Shown piece by piece: positions 46,909 to 57,444 of a stretch of 64,000 nucleotides of DNA (position 1 is the first letter of the stretch; each line of letters starts with the position of its first letter). A program made the translations under genes and the position numbers. Source of the stretch: Candidatus Falkowbacteria bacterium (lineage in GTDB: Bacteria > Patescibacteriota > Patescibacteriia > UBA11705 > JABHMO01); the NCBI GenBank assembly GCA_018693855.1, contig JABHMO010000043.1, positions 4,450-68,449 of the forward strand. The letters run 5' to 3'. The notes under the pieces were generated by a model. That model saw only the letters and a program-made list of their open reading frames with translations. It was not told the DNA's origin and did no database searches.

Positions 46909-48666
46909 ATGTCGACCTTACTGCAGATTACAAATTTAAGCAAAGCCTACGGACCTCATGTCATTTTGGATAAGGTTAATCTTAATATTATCGAAAAACA
47001 AAAAATCGGAGTTTTTGGTAGAAATGGTGCAGGAAAATCAACATTATTCAAAATCATCATAGGCGAAGAAGAGTTCGATTCAGGGACTGTAAACATTCAC
47101 GATATTGCAAGATTGGGTTACCTCGAACAAAATGATCCATTCGAAGAGGATGAAATTGTGATGGATTTCTTACAAAGATACTCAGAAAAAGAAGAATGGC
47201 GCTGCGCAAAAGTTGCCAGCCAGTTTCAACTCAACAGAGATCAACTTTATAATCCTGTTACTGACCTGTCAGGTGGATATCAGATGAGAGTCAAGCTAAG
47301 TGCCATGTTACTAAAAGAACCTAACTTACTACTTCTTGATGAGCCAACAAACTACCTTGATCTGAAAACTTTGATTCTATTAGAAAAGTTTTTACAATCA
47401 TATAACTCAGCTTTTCTAATTATTTCACATGACCGTGAATTCTTGAAGAATACTTGTAATGAAACACTTGAAGTTGATCAAGGTGATTTAGTCCTTTACC
47501 CAAGACCAATCGAAGAGTATCTAGAATTTAAACAAGAGCAAACTAGAACAAAACAAGCATACAATAAAAAAGTCGGAAAACAACAACAACATTTACAAAA
47601 ATTCGTTGATCGATTCCGATACCAAGCATCAAAAGCTTCGCAGGCTCAAAACAAAATTAAACAGATCGACAGACTAAACACAGTCAATATCAAAATGCCT
47701 GAGAAAACTGCTAGAATTCACATCCCTACAATTGAGGATAAAAAAGGGCTGGCTATCCGAATCGAAGAACTTTCAATCGGATACAGCGATAAAACCGTTG
47801 CAACTGAGATCACTCACGATATAGAAAGAGGTGAACATATTGCGATTGTTGGTGATAATGGTCAAGGTAAATCAACTTATATCAAAACGATTATTGGCGA
47901 GATAGATTCACTATCAGGACAAGCTCGTTTCATGCCAAATATTAGAGTTGGTTACTACGCACAACATCTTCATGCAATGTTGAATAGTTCAGAATCAGTT
48001 GAACAGTATTTAGAAAGAGTTGCTGGACACGGAGTTTCACGTGAAGAAATTTTAGCAACCGCAGGATCATTTTTATTTGACAGTGATGGGATAAGTAAAA
48101 CTATTCAGATTCTAAGTGGTGGAGAAAAAGCTAGACTTTGTTTAGCTGGACTTTTATTACAAAAAAACAACTTCCTTGTTTTAGATGAACCAACAAATCA
48201 TCTTGATTTTGAAACAGTTGAAGCGCTAGGTAATTCGCTTAGTCAGTTTAATGGAACAATCTTGTTCATCAGTCACAACCGTACTTTTGTAAATATGATC
48301 GCAACGGCTGTTATTGAAGTGAAGAATGGATCAGTAAAACGGTACAACAATTCATACGAAGAGTATGTTGCTAGCTTGTCTGAACCTGAGAATGACACAG
48401 AAAGTTCATCGAAAAATACAACTAGAATAAAAATCCAGTCTCAAAAAGACCAAATTAAAAAGTTCAAACAACAGATAAGTAAACTGGATAAAAAAGTACA
48501 ACAATACGAAGAAGAGAAAACAAAACTACACAAATACTTCGAGAACAACCCAGTTAACTATTCTCAAAAAAAAGCTGAGCGCCTTACTCAGATAGAAAGA
48601 TTGATTAAGAGGTATGAGAATGAGTGGATGGAAGTTGAAGAGGAGATTCAAAAGTTAGAGGGTTAA
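46909..48666 (+). CDS. ABC-F family ATPase (EttA/Uup-like translation factor)
   Basis: Two ABC cassettes with Walker A GRNGAGKST and GDNGQGKST, and signatures LSGGYQMRVKLSAML and LSGGEKARLCLAGL. An inter-domain linker and a C-terminal coiled coil. No TM domain. Confidence 0.85.
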   Translation: MSTLLQITNLSKAYGPHVILDKVNLNIIEKQKIGVFGRNGAGKSTLFKIIIGEEEFDSGTVNIHDIARLGYLEQNDPFEEDEIVMDFLQRYSEKEEWRCAKVASQFQLNRDQLYNPVTDLSGGYQMRVKLSAMLLKEPNLLLLDEPTNYLDLKTLILLEKFLQSYNSAFLIISHDREFLKNTCNETLEVDQGDLVLYPRPIEEYLEFKQEQTRTKQAYNKKVGKQQQHLQKFVDRFRYQASKASQAQNKIKQIDRLNTVNIKMPEKTARIHIPTIEDKKGLAIRIEELSIGYSDKTVATEITHDIERGEHIAIVGDNGQGKSTYIKTIIGEIDSLSGQARFMPNIRVGYYAQHLHAMLNSSESVEQYLERVAGHGVSREEILATAGSFLFDSDGISKTIQILSGGEKARLCLAGLLLQKNNFLVLDEPTNHLDFETVEALGNSLSQFNGTILFISHNRTFVNMIATAVIEVKNGSVKRYNNSYEEYVASLSEPENDTESSSKNTTRIKIQSQKDQIKKFKQQISKLDKKVQQYEEEKTKLHKYFENNPVNYSQKKAERLTQIERLIKRYENEWMEVEEEIQKLEG

Positions 48667-48783
48667 AACCGCTTTCTGATTGGCCAAACTCCGGCATTCT
48701 CTTCGAGAGCCTTGAGCTCCTCAGAGCCGAAAGGCGCCGGAGTAACGTATAATTAGATGAGGCGGTTTTTTGGTTCTTCAAAT

Positions 48784-49842
48784 TTAGTATATAACTTCAG
48801 GATAATAGTCAGGTAAAATCTCAATCCAGGTCGTTCCTGGATTCAAAGATATCTCTTTGTTGTTCTCATCGTAGAATCTGGTTCGTGAACTTAAATCAGG
48901 TCGTTGCCAAGTTCCGTCAACCGCGACTCCGTCATTAAAAACGATCGCTCGGCCAGAACCAACGGTTTCGTATCTCCGTCTACCATAAGAATCAATCACT
49001 TCACTATCAGTGTATAGAACCGCTATATTTTTTGCTTTGATTTCGTCTTTTTCTTCAGTTAGATGTTTACGTCCACCTTGATAACGCAGATAAGCATTGT
49101 CTTCTTGACTGTATTCCCAAACAACATTAAAATCATAAGATTGAAAACTAATCTCGATTTGCGAAGCCGCGTCTCCCCTATCTTCGATTTTTGCTTCAGG
49201 TTTATAAACCCAAGAATCAAAACTTGTCTCAATTCGCCAATCGTTTTTATCAACTAATTTGTTAATTAATTCAGACGAAGTGAACGCATTATGAGGCTGA
49301 TATCGATAAGTATTGTCTCGCCAAAAATAGTTCCCGTAAGCAAACTCATTCATGTCATAACTGTAACTGTTTTTTATAATTTCTAATGCTTCATTACTAC
49401 CGCCGACATGAACGTATAAACCATTGAACTCTTTTGCCCAGTCAACGTAGAAAGGTCGAGCTGATCGGACTGGTCCGATCTTTTTTGTCTCATCTTGAGA
49501 TGAAAAAACGGCAAGAAGTCTTGTTATCGGAATTTCAACAACTGTCTCGTAAACAACTCTTGCTTTATCCAGATTCGCCGGAGGACGAGCTTCAACATGA
49601 TTATCAATCATCACACCATAAACAAAAAACTGTTCATCATCAGACAAGCATGTCCCATCAAGATCACTCCGATGAAAACATTCGGGAATGATTTCGTTTT
49701 TAATTTCCTCAATCACTTGTCTTGCCTGATCTTTATTTTTCACAAAAACAAAATACGAAGAAACAGCCAAGGATGAAATGATTAACAAAACCAAAGCTAT
49801 TGTAAGATGTAAGTTGTTTAGAATAGTTGCATTCTTTTTCAT
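48784..49842 (-). CDS. Secreted or membrane-anchored hypothetical protein (DUF3048-like)
   Basis: N-terminal TM segment plus a 300-aa extracytoplasmic domain. The family call is tentative. Confidence 0.4.
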   Translation of the reverse strand: MKKNATILNNLHLTIALVLLIISSLAVSSYFVFVKNKDQARQVIEEIKNEIIPECFHRSDLDGTCLSDDEQFFVYGVMIDNHVEARPPANLDKARVVYETVVEIPITRLLAVFSSQDETKKIGPVRSARPFYVDWAKEFNGLYVHVGGSNEALEIIKNSYSYDMNEFAYGNYFWRDNTYRYQPHNAFTSSELINKLVDKNDWRIETSFDSWVYKPEAKIEDRGDAASQIEISFQSYDFNVVWEYSQEDNAYLRYQGGRKHLTEEKDEIKAKNIAVLYTDSEVIDSYGRRRYETVGSGRAIVFNDGVAVDGTWQRPDLSSRTRFYDENNKEISLNPGTTWIEILPDYYPEVIY

Positions 49843-49870
49843 GTTAAATGTTTTTTATGTTTGTCGTAGA

Positions 49871-49965
49871 AGTGTAGAAGTAACAAGGCTACATGAGGCT
49901 ATACGAGGCTAATCTATGAGGCCTCATTAATGGCCCCGTTTAGCCTCGTTTAGCCCCATAAAAAA
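49871..49965. repeat. Tandem CGAGGCTA-type repeats (partner locus 50745-50800; related copy at 22326-22380)
   Basis: ggctacatgaggctatacgaggctaatctatgaggcc...gtttagcctcgtttagcccc, containing inverted copies. Confidence 0.6.
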
Positions 49966-50015
49966 GTGCCCTACATAAATGATATTGTAGAACACTTTTT
50001 TTATTCATTCAACTG

Positions 50016-50726
50016 TTATTCTTTTTTTGGTTCTTCTTTTTTCTCTCCGTCAGCAGCTTCACCATCTTTCTTTTCACCTTCAGCAGCCGCACCATCTTCA
50101 CCTTCTGCAGTTGCGCCTTCTTCACCTTCAGCAGGAGTTTCTTCTGCGACAACCTGTTCTTCTTCGACTCTTGGAGCAGAAACAGCAACAATAATTTCAT
50201 CACCTTCATGCAATACTTCGAAACTTTCTGGGAAAGTAACGTCCTTTACAAAGAGTTTATCATCAAATGTTTTCAATGCTGAAATATCAAGTTCCACTTT
50301 TGAAACAATTTCTTTCGGTAAACATTTTACAGTAATTTGATCCATGCTTTGGATTAATGTACCACCTAAATCTTTTACAGCAGATGAGACACCGATAATA
50401 GAAACGTCCACTTTGATCTCAAGTTTTTGACCTTCTTTGATCTGATAGAAGTCAACGTGCATTGGGAAATTTTTCACAGGTTCTCTGTCAAGAGATTTCA
50501 CCAAAACGTCTCTAGGTTTGTCTTCACCTTCGATTGCAAGTGAAATAATTGAACTTGAACCTAGTTGAGAAAATAATTTTTCAAAATCATTTTTATCTAA
50601 TTCAACTGATAGACTTCCTTTCACATCCGGTCCGTAAACAACAGCCGGTAATCCACCCTTCTGTCGAAGTGCTTCAGTTTTTTTACCAAAAACTTCTCGT
50701 TTCTTGGCTTTTAATTCATTGGTCAT
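50016..50726 (-). CDS. rplY: Ribosomal protein bL25 (Ctc/general stress protein form) with an acidic C-terminal extension
   Basis: KREVFGKKTEALRQKGGLPAVVYG...NFPMHVDFYQI, followed by an E/A/G-rich tail. Confidence 0.8.
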   Translation of the reverse strand: MTNELKAKKREVFGKKTEALRQKGGLPAVVYGPDVKGSLSVELDKNDFEKLFSQLGSSSIISLAIEGEDKPRDVLVKSLDREPVKNFPMHVDFYQIKEGQKLEIKVDVSIIGVSSAVKDLGGTLIQSMDQITVKCLPKEIVSKVELDISALKTFDDKLFVKDVTFPESFEVLHEGDEIIVAVSAPRVEEEQVVAEETPAEGEEGATAEGEDGAAAEGEKKDGEAADGEKKEEPKKE

Positions 50727-50862
50727 ATTTTTTAAATTTAGTAATAAGTAACGGGGCTAAACGAGGCTATACGAGGCTAAACAAGGCCAGTGAGGAAGGC
50801 CAAGTCCAGACTATGTCACTCCAAACTTGATCCGGAGTTAGACACGATAGAAAGGCCTGACA

Positions 50863-51186
50863 TTATCCTAATAGTTCCTTAACAATTCCTTCTTGGTTCA
50901 TTTTTTGATAGATTTCTAGGAAATCGTCGGCGGTCAGTGGTCCTCGAGAAAGCACCTTGCCAACCTCTTGGCTTTGTAGGTCTGTTAATACACCTATAAC
51001 ATTCGCACCATGATCATTAAAATTCACAAAAACCAGTAAACTACCTGAACATAGTTTACACTGCATGTGCAGTAAATGTCCTTCTTCACGTTCCTCAACA
51101 AGATTAATATCTGCTGGGAACTGTTTTTTCCGACAAACAGGACATTCTGATATAATTTTTAATGAATTCAAATTATCTGGAAGCAT
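50863..51186 (-). CDS. Zinc-ribbon-containing hypothetical protein
   Basis: CPVCRKK....CKLCSG (two CxxC pairs). 107 aa. Confidence 0.4.
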   Translation of the reverse strand: MLPDNLNSLKIISECPVCRKKQFPADINLVEEREEGHLLHMQCKLCSGSLLVFVNFNDHGANVIGVLTDLQSQEVGKVLSRGPLTADDFLEIYQKMNQEGIVKELLG

Positions 51187-51362
51187 ATTTTAGGTGGCTG
51201 AAGTATAACAAAAGATCTAAATTTCGTCAAATGGCTACAAATAACGAATTTACTACTAATTTTACGAATTATTCGTGATTATATTAAGAATTTTGCAACT
51301 AAATATCCCAATAAATTAGTAGCTTTCGTAGAAATTCGTTATTCGTAGTAAACTTTTTACTT

Positions 51363-52457
51363 TTACCTTCTTACTGAAACACTCTGCGCCATTCCTAATA
51401 GAACTAAAGTCACAAGCAAAAAACTACCTCCGTAACTAAGCAGTGGTAGTGAAATTCCTGTAACCGGCATTATTCCCATATTCATTCCAATATTAATAAA
51501 AATATGTACAAACAGTACGCAAATGACACCAAGCACCAAAAACATACCAAAATCATCACGTGCTTTTTTTGCGATTACAATTAATCGATAAAAGATAATT
51601 GCCCAAAGTCCAAGAATAATTGATACGCCAATAAAACCAAGCTCCTCAGCAATCACGGCAAAAATAAAATCTGTTTGACTTTCAGGGATAAACTTCAACT
51701 GACTTTGTGATCCAAATCCAAGACCTCGTCCATAAAACTGACCTGAACCAATTCCAATAATTGATTGCGTTACATTGTATCCACTGCCAAGCGGATCAAG
51801 ACTTGGATTCATGAACACAGCGATTCTTTCTTTTTGATAATCCTTCAGAACAAAACTCCAACTTGCGAGCAATATAATTATAAAAATAATAAATAAAGTT
51901 ATTAAGTACTTTTTTGGAATACCTGTTATAACTAAAAGTATAAACCAAGTCGACATTAACACAAAAGCACTTCCCAAATCTGGTTGAAATAAAACTAAAG
52001 CCACAAAAGATAAAGTAATCAATAAGCTCATGATTACATGTTTACCAGCGCTAAATCGTTGCAATCGGTTGCTAAAAAACTTCGCAAGCACCACGACTAA
52101 AACGATCTTCGCAAACTCAACTGGCTGAAAATTAATCGGCCCAACATTAAACCAACCTTTTGTACCACGAATTATTGATCCGAAAAACAGTACACCAACG
52201 AGTAAAACTGTAGCCGCGACATACAGAACTCGACTATAAACACGTAGACTACTATAGTTACTCATTGAGAAAAATAAGAAAACAAACAGACCAATCACAC
52301 CAAAAGCTATCTGTTTATTGAAATTACTAAAATCATCACCTTGCTGAGACAGACTGACACTATAGATTGCAGCCAAGCCAAAACAGAACAAAACCAAAAC
52401 AGCTAAGCTCAGTGGCCAATCAAGTTTTCGTAAATTGTCCCAGAAATTCTTAAACAT
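51363..52457 (-). CDS. SEDS-family peptidoglycan glycosyltransferase (RodA/FtsW)
   Basis: 364 aa with 10 TM helices. Conserved QPDLGSAFV, PESQTDFIFAVIAEELGFIG and GISLPLLSYGGS motifs. Confidence 0.85.
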   Translation of the reverse strand: MFKNFWDNLRKLDWPLSLAVLVLFCFGLAAIYSVSLSQQGDDFSNFNKQIAFGVIGLFVFLFFSMSNYSSLRVYSRVLYVAATVLLVGVLFFGSIIRGTKGWFNVGPINFQPVEFAKIVLVVVLAKFFSNRLQRFSAGKHVIMSLLITLSFVALVLFQPDLGSAFVLMSTWFILLVITGIPKKYLITLFIIFIIILLASWSFVLKDYQKERIAVFMNPSLDPLGSGYNVTQSIIGIGSGQFYGRGLGFGSQSQLKFIPESQTDFIFAVIAEELGFIGVSIILGLWAIIFYRLIVIAKKARDDFGMFLVLGVICVLFVHIFINIGMNMGIMPVTGISLPLLSYGGSFLLVTLVLLGMAQSVSVRR

Positions 52458-52460
52458 AGA

Positions 52461-52548
52461 ACGAAGTGAATTGAAGTAAATTGGAGTGAATCGAGGTAAA
52501 CCCCGCTGGGGCGGGGTAAATCGAAGTGAATTGGAGTGAATCGGAGCC
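52461..52548. repeat. Decamer tandem array, family R10, locus 4 (interrupted by a CCCCGCTGGGGCGGGG hairpin)
   Basis: acgaagtgaa ttgaagtaaa ttggagtgaa tcgaggtaaa [ccccgctggggcgggg] taaa tcgaagtgaa ttggagtgaa tcggag. Confidence 0.75.
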
Positions 52549-52809
52549 CGCCTGCAACGCTATGCGTAGACATTGCGGGCAGGTGAATCGCAGTTAAGCG
52601 AAGAAATAAGGCTAAGGCTAGTAAGGAGGCTCCCCACTATTAAGTCACTCCGGACTTGATCCGGAGTTTGGGCAGATAAAAAAGCCGACCGCACTCAACT
52701 CTATTCTACCTAAAATCTATCTATTTGTAAAAAACCTACCCTTGAAAAAAATCCAGATATCTGCTATGTTAAAAAAGTCGTTCACCAACAAGACAAAGGC
52801 AGGTGACAG

Positions 52810-53439
52810 ATGAGATGGATAGCAAAAACGCTCCTATGCATTTTGATTATCGTATTGGCTGTGCACATTGCAAAATCAGCCAAGGCAAACGACCTTTCGC
52901 TTGATGATCGGTTAACATTTCTCGAGTTTCAAGCGCCCTCATTTCAAATGCTCAACAAAGACATTCAGCGCGGCCTACTCTTTGAGATGTTTATAGCCGT
53001 CAATCAAACGTTTGAGCTCGCGGTGATTGAACAAGATGAAAACTACAAAGGATATTTGACCAGGTTAACAGACCTAGTGTCAATACTCCAAGATTCATTA
53101 CCTGAAGAACTTCGACCAAACATCAAACGTTATTTCCCTCTAAACAAAGATATCTCAATCATCTCGATTGTTGACTCCGTAAGTAAATTGCGACAAGAGA
53201 TTTTCCAAAGAATCTACTTTGATCCAGAACAGAAAAGCGCATTGTACAGTGATGATGTTTTTGTAAAGATATACGAACTTCATCTTTGGCGAAATGCAAT
53301 AATGCCAATTGCTCTGATTCCGCATTTCCAGTCAAAGTTGGCTCAACAAACAATCCGAGAATTCACAGACAGCAATTGTTTGCTGATCGAACACGAAGGA
53401 AGATACAAGATAGCCAGACAAAAAAGCTCTCGACATTGA
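52810..53439 (+). CDS. Secreted hypothetical protein
   Basis: Signal peptide MRWIAKTLLCILIIVLAVHIAKSAKA. 209 aa. Confidence 0.4.
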   Translation: MRWIAKTLLCILIIVLAVHIAKSAKANDLSLDDRLTFLEFQAPSFQMLNKDIQRGLLFEMFIAVNQTFELAVIEQDENYKGYLTRLTDLVSILQDSLPEELRPNIKRYFPLNKDISIISIVDSVSKLRQEIFQRIYFDPEQKSALYSDDVFVKIYELHLWRNAIMPIALIPHFQSKLAQQTIREFTDSNCLLIEHEGRYKIARQKSSRH

Positions 53440-53469
53440 TCGAGAGCTTTTCAAATATATATTTTTTAT

Positions 53470-54006
53470 TTACAACAGTTCTAAGTGATCCAAACCAATA
53501 TAACCAACTTCTACGTCAGTCATTCTCCCGCTTTTTAATAGATCACGAAATCCCATTAAGGATATTAATGAAACTTCTGCAAACTCGGTTTTATCTAAAT
53601 TCTGTTCTTGAACTCTCTCACATTCATCAATCACAACACAGTATCGTTTCATTGTTGAATATGCACAGTCATAGACATGAGAAACATGTCTAATTAATCC
53701 TTGATACCCTGTTTCTTCAAGTAACTCTCTCTGAGCAGCTTCCTCTGGTGATTCATCTTGATCAACAATTCCCCCAGGTAACTCATGCAAAATTTCATTT
53801 GGTCCAGGTCTGTACTGTTTTACTAAAATAACTTTTTTATCTTTTGTGAATGCCAAAATCGCAGTAGCAGGCCCTTCTTTTTTAATATAAAAATCTGATT
53901 CCTGACCATCTTGCAATCGATACATTACCTTTTCAATCTTTCTACTATACTTATGAAAAATCACTTCACGAGATAGTTCCTCCCATTCCTTAATCTGCTC
54001 ATTCAT
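53470..54006 (-). CDS. NUDIX hydrolase
   Basis: Nudix box GGIVDQDESPEEAAQRELLEETG (GX5EX7REUXEEXGU). Confidence 0.75.
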   Translation of the reverse strand: MNEQIKEWEELSREVIFHKYSRKIEKVMYRLQDGQESDFYIKKEGPATAILAFTKDKKVILVKQYRPGPNEILHELPGGIVDQDESPEEAAQRELLEETGYQGLIRHVSHVYDCAYSTMKRYCVVIDECERVQEQNLDKTEFAEVSLISLMGFRDLLKSGRMTDVEVGYIGLDHLELL

Positions 54007-54051
54007 AAATCATTATAAAATTGATGATTGTAATTTGGTTATTGATTATTA

Positions 54052-54939
54052 TCACTTCAACTCCCCCGAACCATTTCCAAACCCTTTAATAACCTCAGGA
54101 TCAAGGATATTAATATCTTCAACTATTTGAATTTGCGATTTGGTTGGTAGACTGTTATAGATTGCTAAACTTTTCTCAACAATCTCGCTAGACGAGATAC
54201 TGTCCAAAACAACCTGTCTCACTCCGATTAAATTATTTTCATTATAAATAAGAACATAGAACTTGGGTGACCAGTAGTTATATGAGCTTTTGTTAATAAT
54301 ATCAAACTCTAAAAAAGTGACCTCCAACTTTTCCCCTTCTTTTTCTGTGACACTTTTATTAATCACAACATTCTGATAATCAAACTGAAGCATCTTCTCT
54401 GCTAAAGGTTCGAAATTAGAAACTTTCTTCCATTTAACATCCACAATTACTACATCAACATTATTACTTAACTTCTCAGTTGAAAAACCGATTTCAGTTA
54501 AAACCTTCTTCTGACCTGGTAAAACAAAATCTGTTTTCGTAGTTGTTCGATTATCACCAAACTCAAAATAGTAATCAAACTGTTCAACGACCCAAGTCTG
54601 ATTTGGGTTCTCTATCTGACCAACAATATCAAACTCACCTCGTGACGTTGCGATCATCTTTGTATCTTTTATAATGAGATCTTTTGCCTGACTCACTTCT
54701 GCAATTACGTCCTGATTCAAATTATCTTCTAATAGCGCGTTGTATACTTGTTCATTCTCATACTTCTCAGAAATAAAAGTTGTAATCAAACCTCTCAATC
54801 CATAGACAATAAAGAACAGAGCTACTAAACCAAGCACTGCAATAAAAATTCTTCGCAGCAACACACGATTACTGACGTACCAATATGAAAATTTGAACTG
54901 TCGATCTTTGTTTTTGTCTGAATAGATATTGTTTGACAT
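54052..54939 (-). CDS. Membrane-anchored hypothetical protein
   Basis: Start taken at ATG 54939 (MSNNIYSDKNKDRQFKFSYWYVSNRVLLRRIFIAVLGLVALFF). N-terminal TM plus a ~250-aa extracytoplasmic domain. Confidence 0.4.
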   Translation of the reverse strand: MSNNIYSDKNKDRQFKFSYWYVSNRVLLRRIFIAVLGLVALFFIVYGLRGLITTFISEKYENEQVYNALLEDNLNQDVIAEVSQAKDLIIKDTKMIATSRGEFDIVGQIENPNQTWVVEQFDYYFEFGDNRTTTKTDFVLPGQKKVLTEIGFSTEKLSNNVDVVIVDVKWKKVSNFEPLAEKMLQFDYQNVVINKSVTEKEGEKLEVTFLEFDIINKSSYNYWSPKFYVLIYNENNLIGVRQVVLDSISSSEIVEKSLAIYNSLPTKSQIQIVEDINILDPEVIKGFGNGSGELK

Positions 54940-55183
54940 AAGGTTAAAAGGTCTTAGGGAATTAGAAGTTGGAAGTTTGAAAGTAACTGTAAAAAGCGAG
55001 AGAAACAAAGAAACATTCAGGGTTCTTATTGTTAAATAATAGCACAAAAGGGGGTAATAAACAAACTTTTTTGTGAACAAGTGCTCTTCCATTTTTTATT
55101 AATTTGTGCTAAAATGGGTTTAGTTACATATACACATAAAAAAGCAATAATTTGCTTATTCTTTATTTTTACTCAAATATATT

Positions 55184-57193
55184 ATGCCAAAACCGACTAC
55201 GAAAAAGACTAAACAAAAAGACAAATCATCATACGGTGCTGATAATATTCAGGTTCTTGAAGGATTGGCTCCAGTTCGAAAAAGACCGGGAATGTATATC
55301 GGAAACACAGCTGAAGAAGGATTGCATCACATGCTTTGGGAAGTTGTTGATAATGGAATTGATGAAGCAATGGCTGGCCATGCTGACACTATTGTTGTTA
55401 AAATTTTACCAGATAACATTATCCAAGTTATTGATAATGGTCGAGGAATTCCTGTCGAAATCCACAAATCAACAAAACTTAGTGCGCTTGAAACTGTCAT
55501 GACAAAACTTCACGCTGGTGGTAAGTTTGGTGAAGGTGGAGGTTATAAAGTTTCCGGTGGTCTTCATGGTGTAGGTGTTTCTGTTGTAAATGCGCTATCA
55601 ACATCACTAAAAGCTGAAGTAAAAAGAGATGGTAATATTTATTTTCAAGAATTTAAGAAAGGTGTTTCTCAAGGAAAAGTTAAAAAACTTGGAACAATTA
55701 AAAGAACATTAAAACCAGACCCACTATATCCAGAAAAGGCTTTCTCTGCTGGAACTCAAGTCACGTTCAAACCAGACGGTGATATTTTCACTGTTCTTGA
55801 GTACCAATGGAAGAAGATTTTAACCCGACTTAGACAGCAAGCTTATCTAACAAAAGGAATCAAAATTATTGCAATTGATATTCGAGATAAAAAGAAACCC
55901 AAACAGTTTGGATTTTATTTCGAAGGTGGAGTTGCTTCATACTGTAGACATTTAAATATTAATGACAAACAAAAACACGACAACATTTTCTACATTGAAA
56001 AAGAAGTTGATGATATTAGTATTGAGATCGCAATTAAATATACAGAAGAGTATAATGAGACACTACTAGCTTTTACAAATAACATTCTTAATCCAGAAGG
56101 TGGAATGCACGTAGCTGGTTTTCGAACTGCTCTAACTAGAACATTAAACACATACGCAAGAAAAAATAACATATTAAAAGAAAAAGACGAGAATCTAACA
56201 GGTGATGATGTTCGTGAAGGACTGACAGCTGTAATTAGTATTAAATTGCCTGAACCTCAGTTCGAAGGACAGACAAAAGCTAAACTTGGTAATGCAGAAG
56301 TAAAACCTGCAGTAGAATCAGTTCTGTCAGAACAGTTAGCAATATTCCTAGAAGAACATCCTCGTGATGCTGAAGCAATCATTGGAAAAGCTTTACTCGC
56401 TGCGACTGCCAGACGAGCTTCAAGAGCTGCTCGTGAAACAATCCTAAGAAAAGGTGTTTTAGACAGTTTAAGTCTGCCAGGTAAACTAGCTGATTGTTCA
56501 TCAAAGGACAGTGAAAAATGTGAAATCTATATCGTGGAGGGTGACTCTGCGGGTGGTTCAGCTAAGCAAGGTCGTGACAGAAAAACTCAAGCGATTCTAC
56601 CACTTCGTGGAAAAATCCTTAACGTAGAAAAAGCCAGAATCGATAGAATGCTTGCTAACAATGAAGTTAAATCATTAATTATTGCACTTGGAACAAATCT
56701 TGGCGAGCAGTTCGATGTATCAAAACTTCGTTACGGAAAAATCATTATTATGACCGATGCGGACGTAGATGGATCTCATATTAGAACTTTGTTATTAACT
56801 TTGTTTTATCGACATTTCCAAGAACTTATCAAGCAAGGACATCTATACGTTGCTCAGCCACCATTGTATAGTATTAAAAAAGGCAAAAAACTTGTATACG
56901 CTTTTGATGAGGATGAACTGCAAGTATTATTAAAAGAAAACGCAGCGACAAGAAAAGAATCTTCAACAAAAAAGAAAAACGAAGAAGAGACTGACGATAA
57001 AAAAGAAGCTGAGACAGACACTGTTAACGAAGAAGAGATGACAGAAGATGAACGAGACTTGAAAGCTGCTGGAGTACAACGATATAAGGGTCTTGGAGAA
57101 ATGAACCCTGCACAACTTTGGGAAACAACTATGGATCCAGCAAATCGAATGCTAAAGAAAGTAACAATTGAAGACTGCGAAAAAGCTGATTAG
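55184..57193 (+). CDS. gyrB: DNA gyrase subunit B, ending at an in-frame TAG; the conserved last 26 codons continue in frame to 57280
   Basis: GLHHMLWEVVDNGIDEAMAGH, the GyrB ATPase, the toprim EGDSAGG, and PLRGKILNVEKAR. After ...VTIEDCEKAD comes TAG (57191-57193), then in frame IFDILMGAEVAPRKRFIQTHAKSANLDI-TAA. This is the canonical GyrB C-terminus, cf. E. coli ...[33 protein letters not shown]. Confidence 0.9.
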   Translation: MPKPTTKKTKQKDKSSYGADNIQVLEGLAPVRKRPGMYIGNTAEEGLHHMLWEVVDNGIDEAMAGHADTIVVKILPDNIIQVIDNGRGIPVEIHKSTKLSALETVMTKLHAGGKFGEGGGYKVSGGLHGVGVSVVNALSTSLKAEVKRDGNIYFQEFKKGVSQGKVKKLGTIKRTLKPDPLYPEKAFSAGTQVTFKPDGDIFTVLEYQWKKILTRLRQQAYLTKGIKIIAIDIRDKKKPKQFGFYFEGGVASYCRHLNINDKQKHDNIFYIEKEVDDISIEIAIKYTEEYNETLLAFTNNILNPEGGMHVAGFRTALTRTLNTYARKNNILKEKDENLTGDDVREGLTAVISIKLPEPQFEGQTKAKLGNAEVKPAVESVLSEQLAIFLEEHPRDAEAIIGKALLAATARRASRAARETILRKGVLDSLSLPGKLADCSSKDSEKCEIYIVEGDSAGGSAKQGRDRKTQAILPLRGKILNVEKARIDRMLANNEVKSLIIALGTNLGEQFDVSKLRYGKIIIMTDADVDGSHIRTLLLTLFYRHFQELIKQGHLYVAQPPLYSIKKGKKLVYAFDEDELQVLLKENAATRKESSTKKKNEEETDDKKEAETDTVNEEEMTEDERDLKAAGVQRYKGLGEMNPAQLWETTMDPANRMLKKVTIEDCEKAD

Positions 57194-57280
57194 ATATTTG
57201 ATATTTTAATGGGCGCAGAAGTTGCACCAAGAAAGAGATTTATTCAGACACATGCGAAGAGTGCTAATTTAGATATATAA
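57187..57280 (+). repeat. Direct repeat copy 1 (gyrB 3' coding end); partner at 57968-58058
   Basis: An ~86-nt near-identical copy with 4 substitutions, all synonymous in the GyrB frame. Confidence 0.75.
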
Positions 57281-57444
57281 ATAGTAATAATAATAATAAT
57301 AAAGACTCTACATTAGCAAACTAGTTGAACAAGTCGTAATTAGAGTATTTTTTAACAAATTATATTTACTAACTTTGGCTTTATTTAGCATAATATGGAT
57401 ATTATCCCACATTATTTACTAATCTAAAGCCTAAATAAATACAT

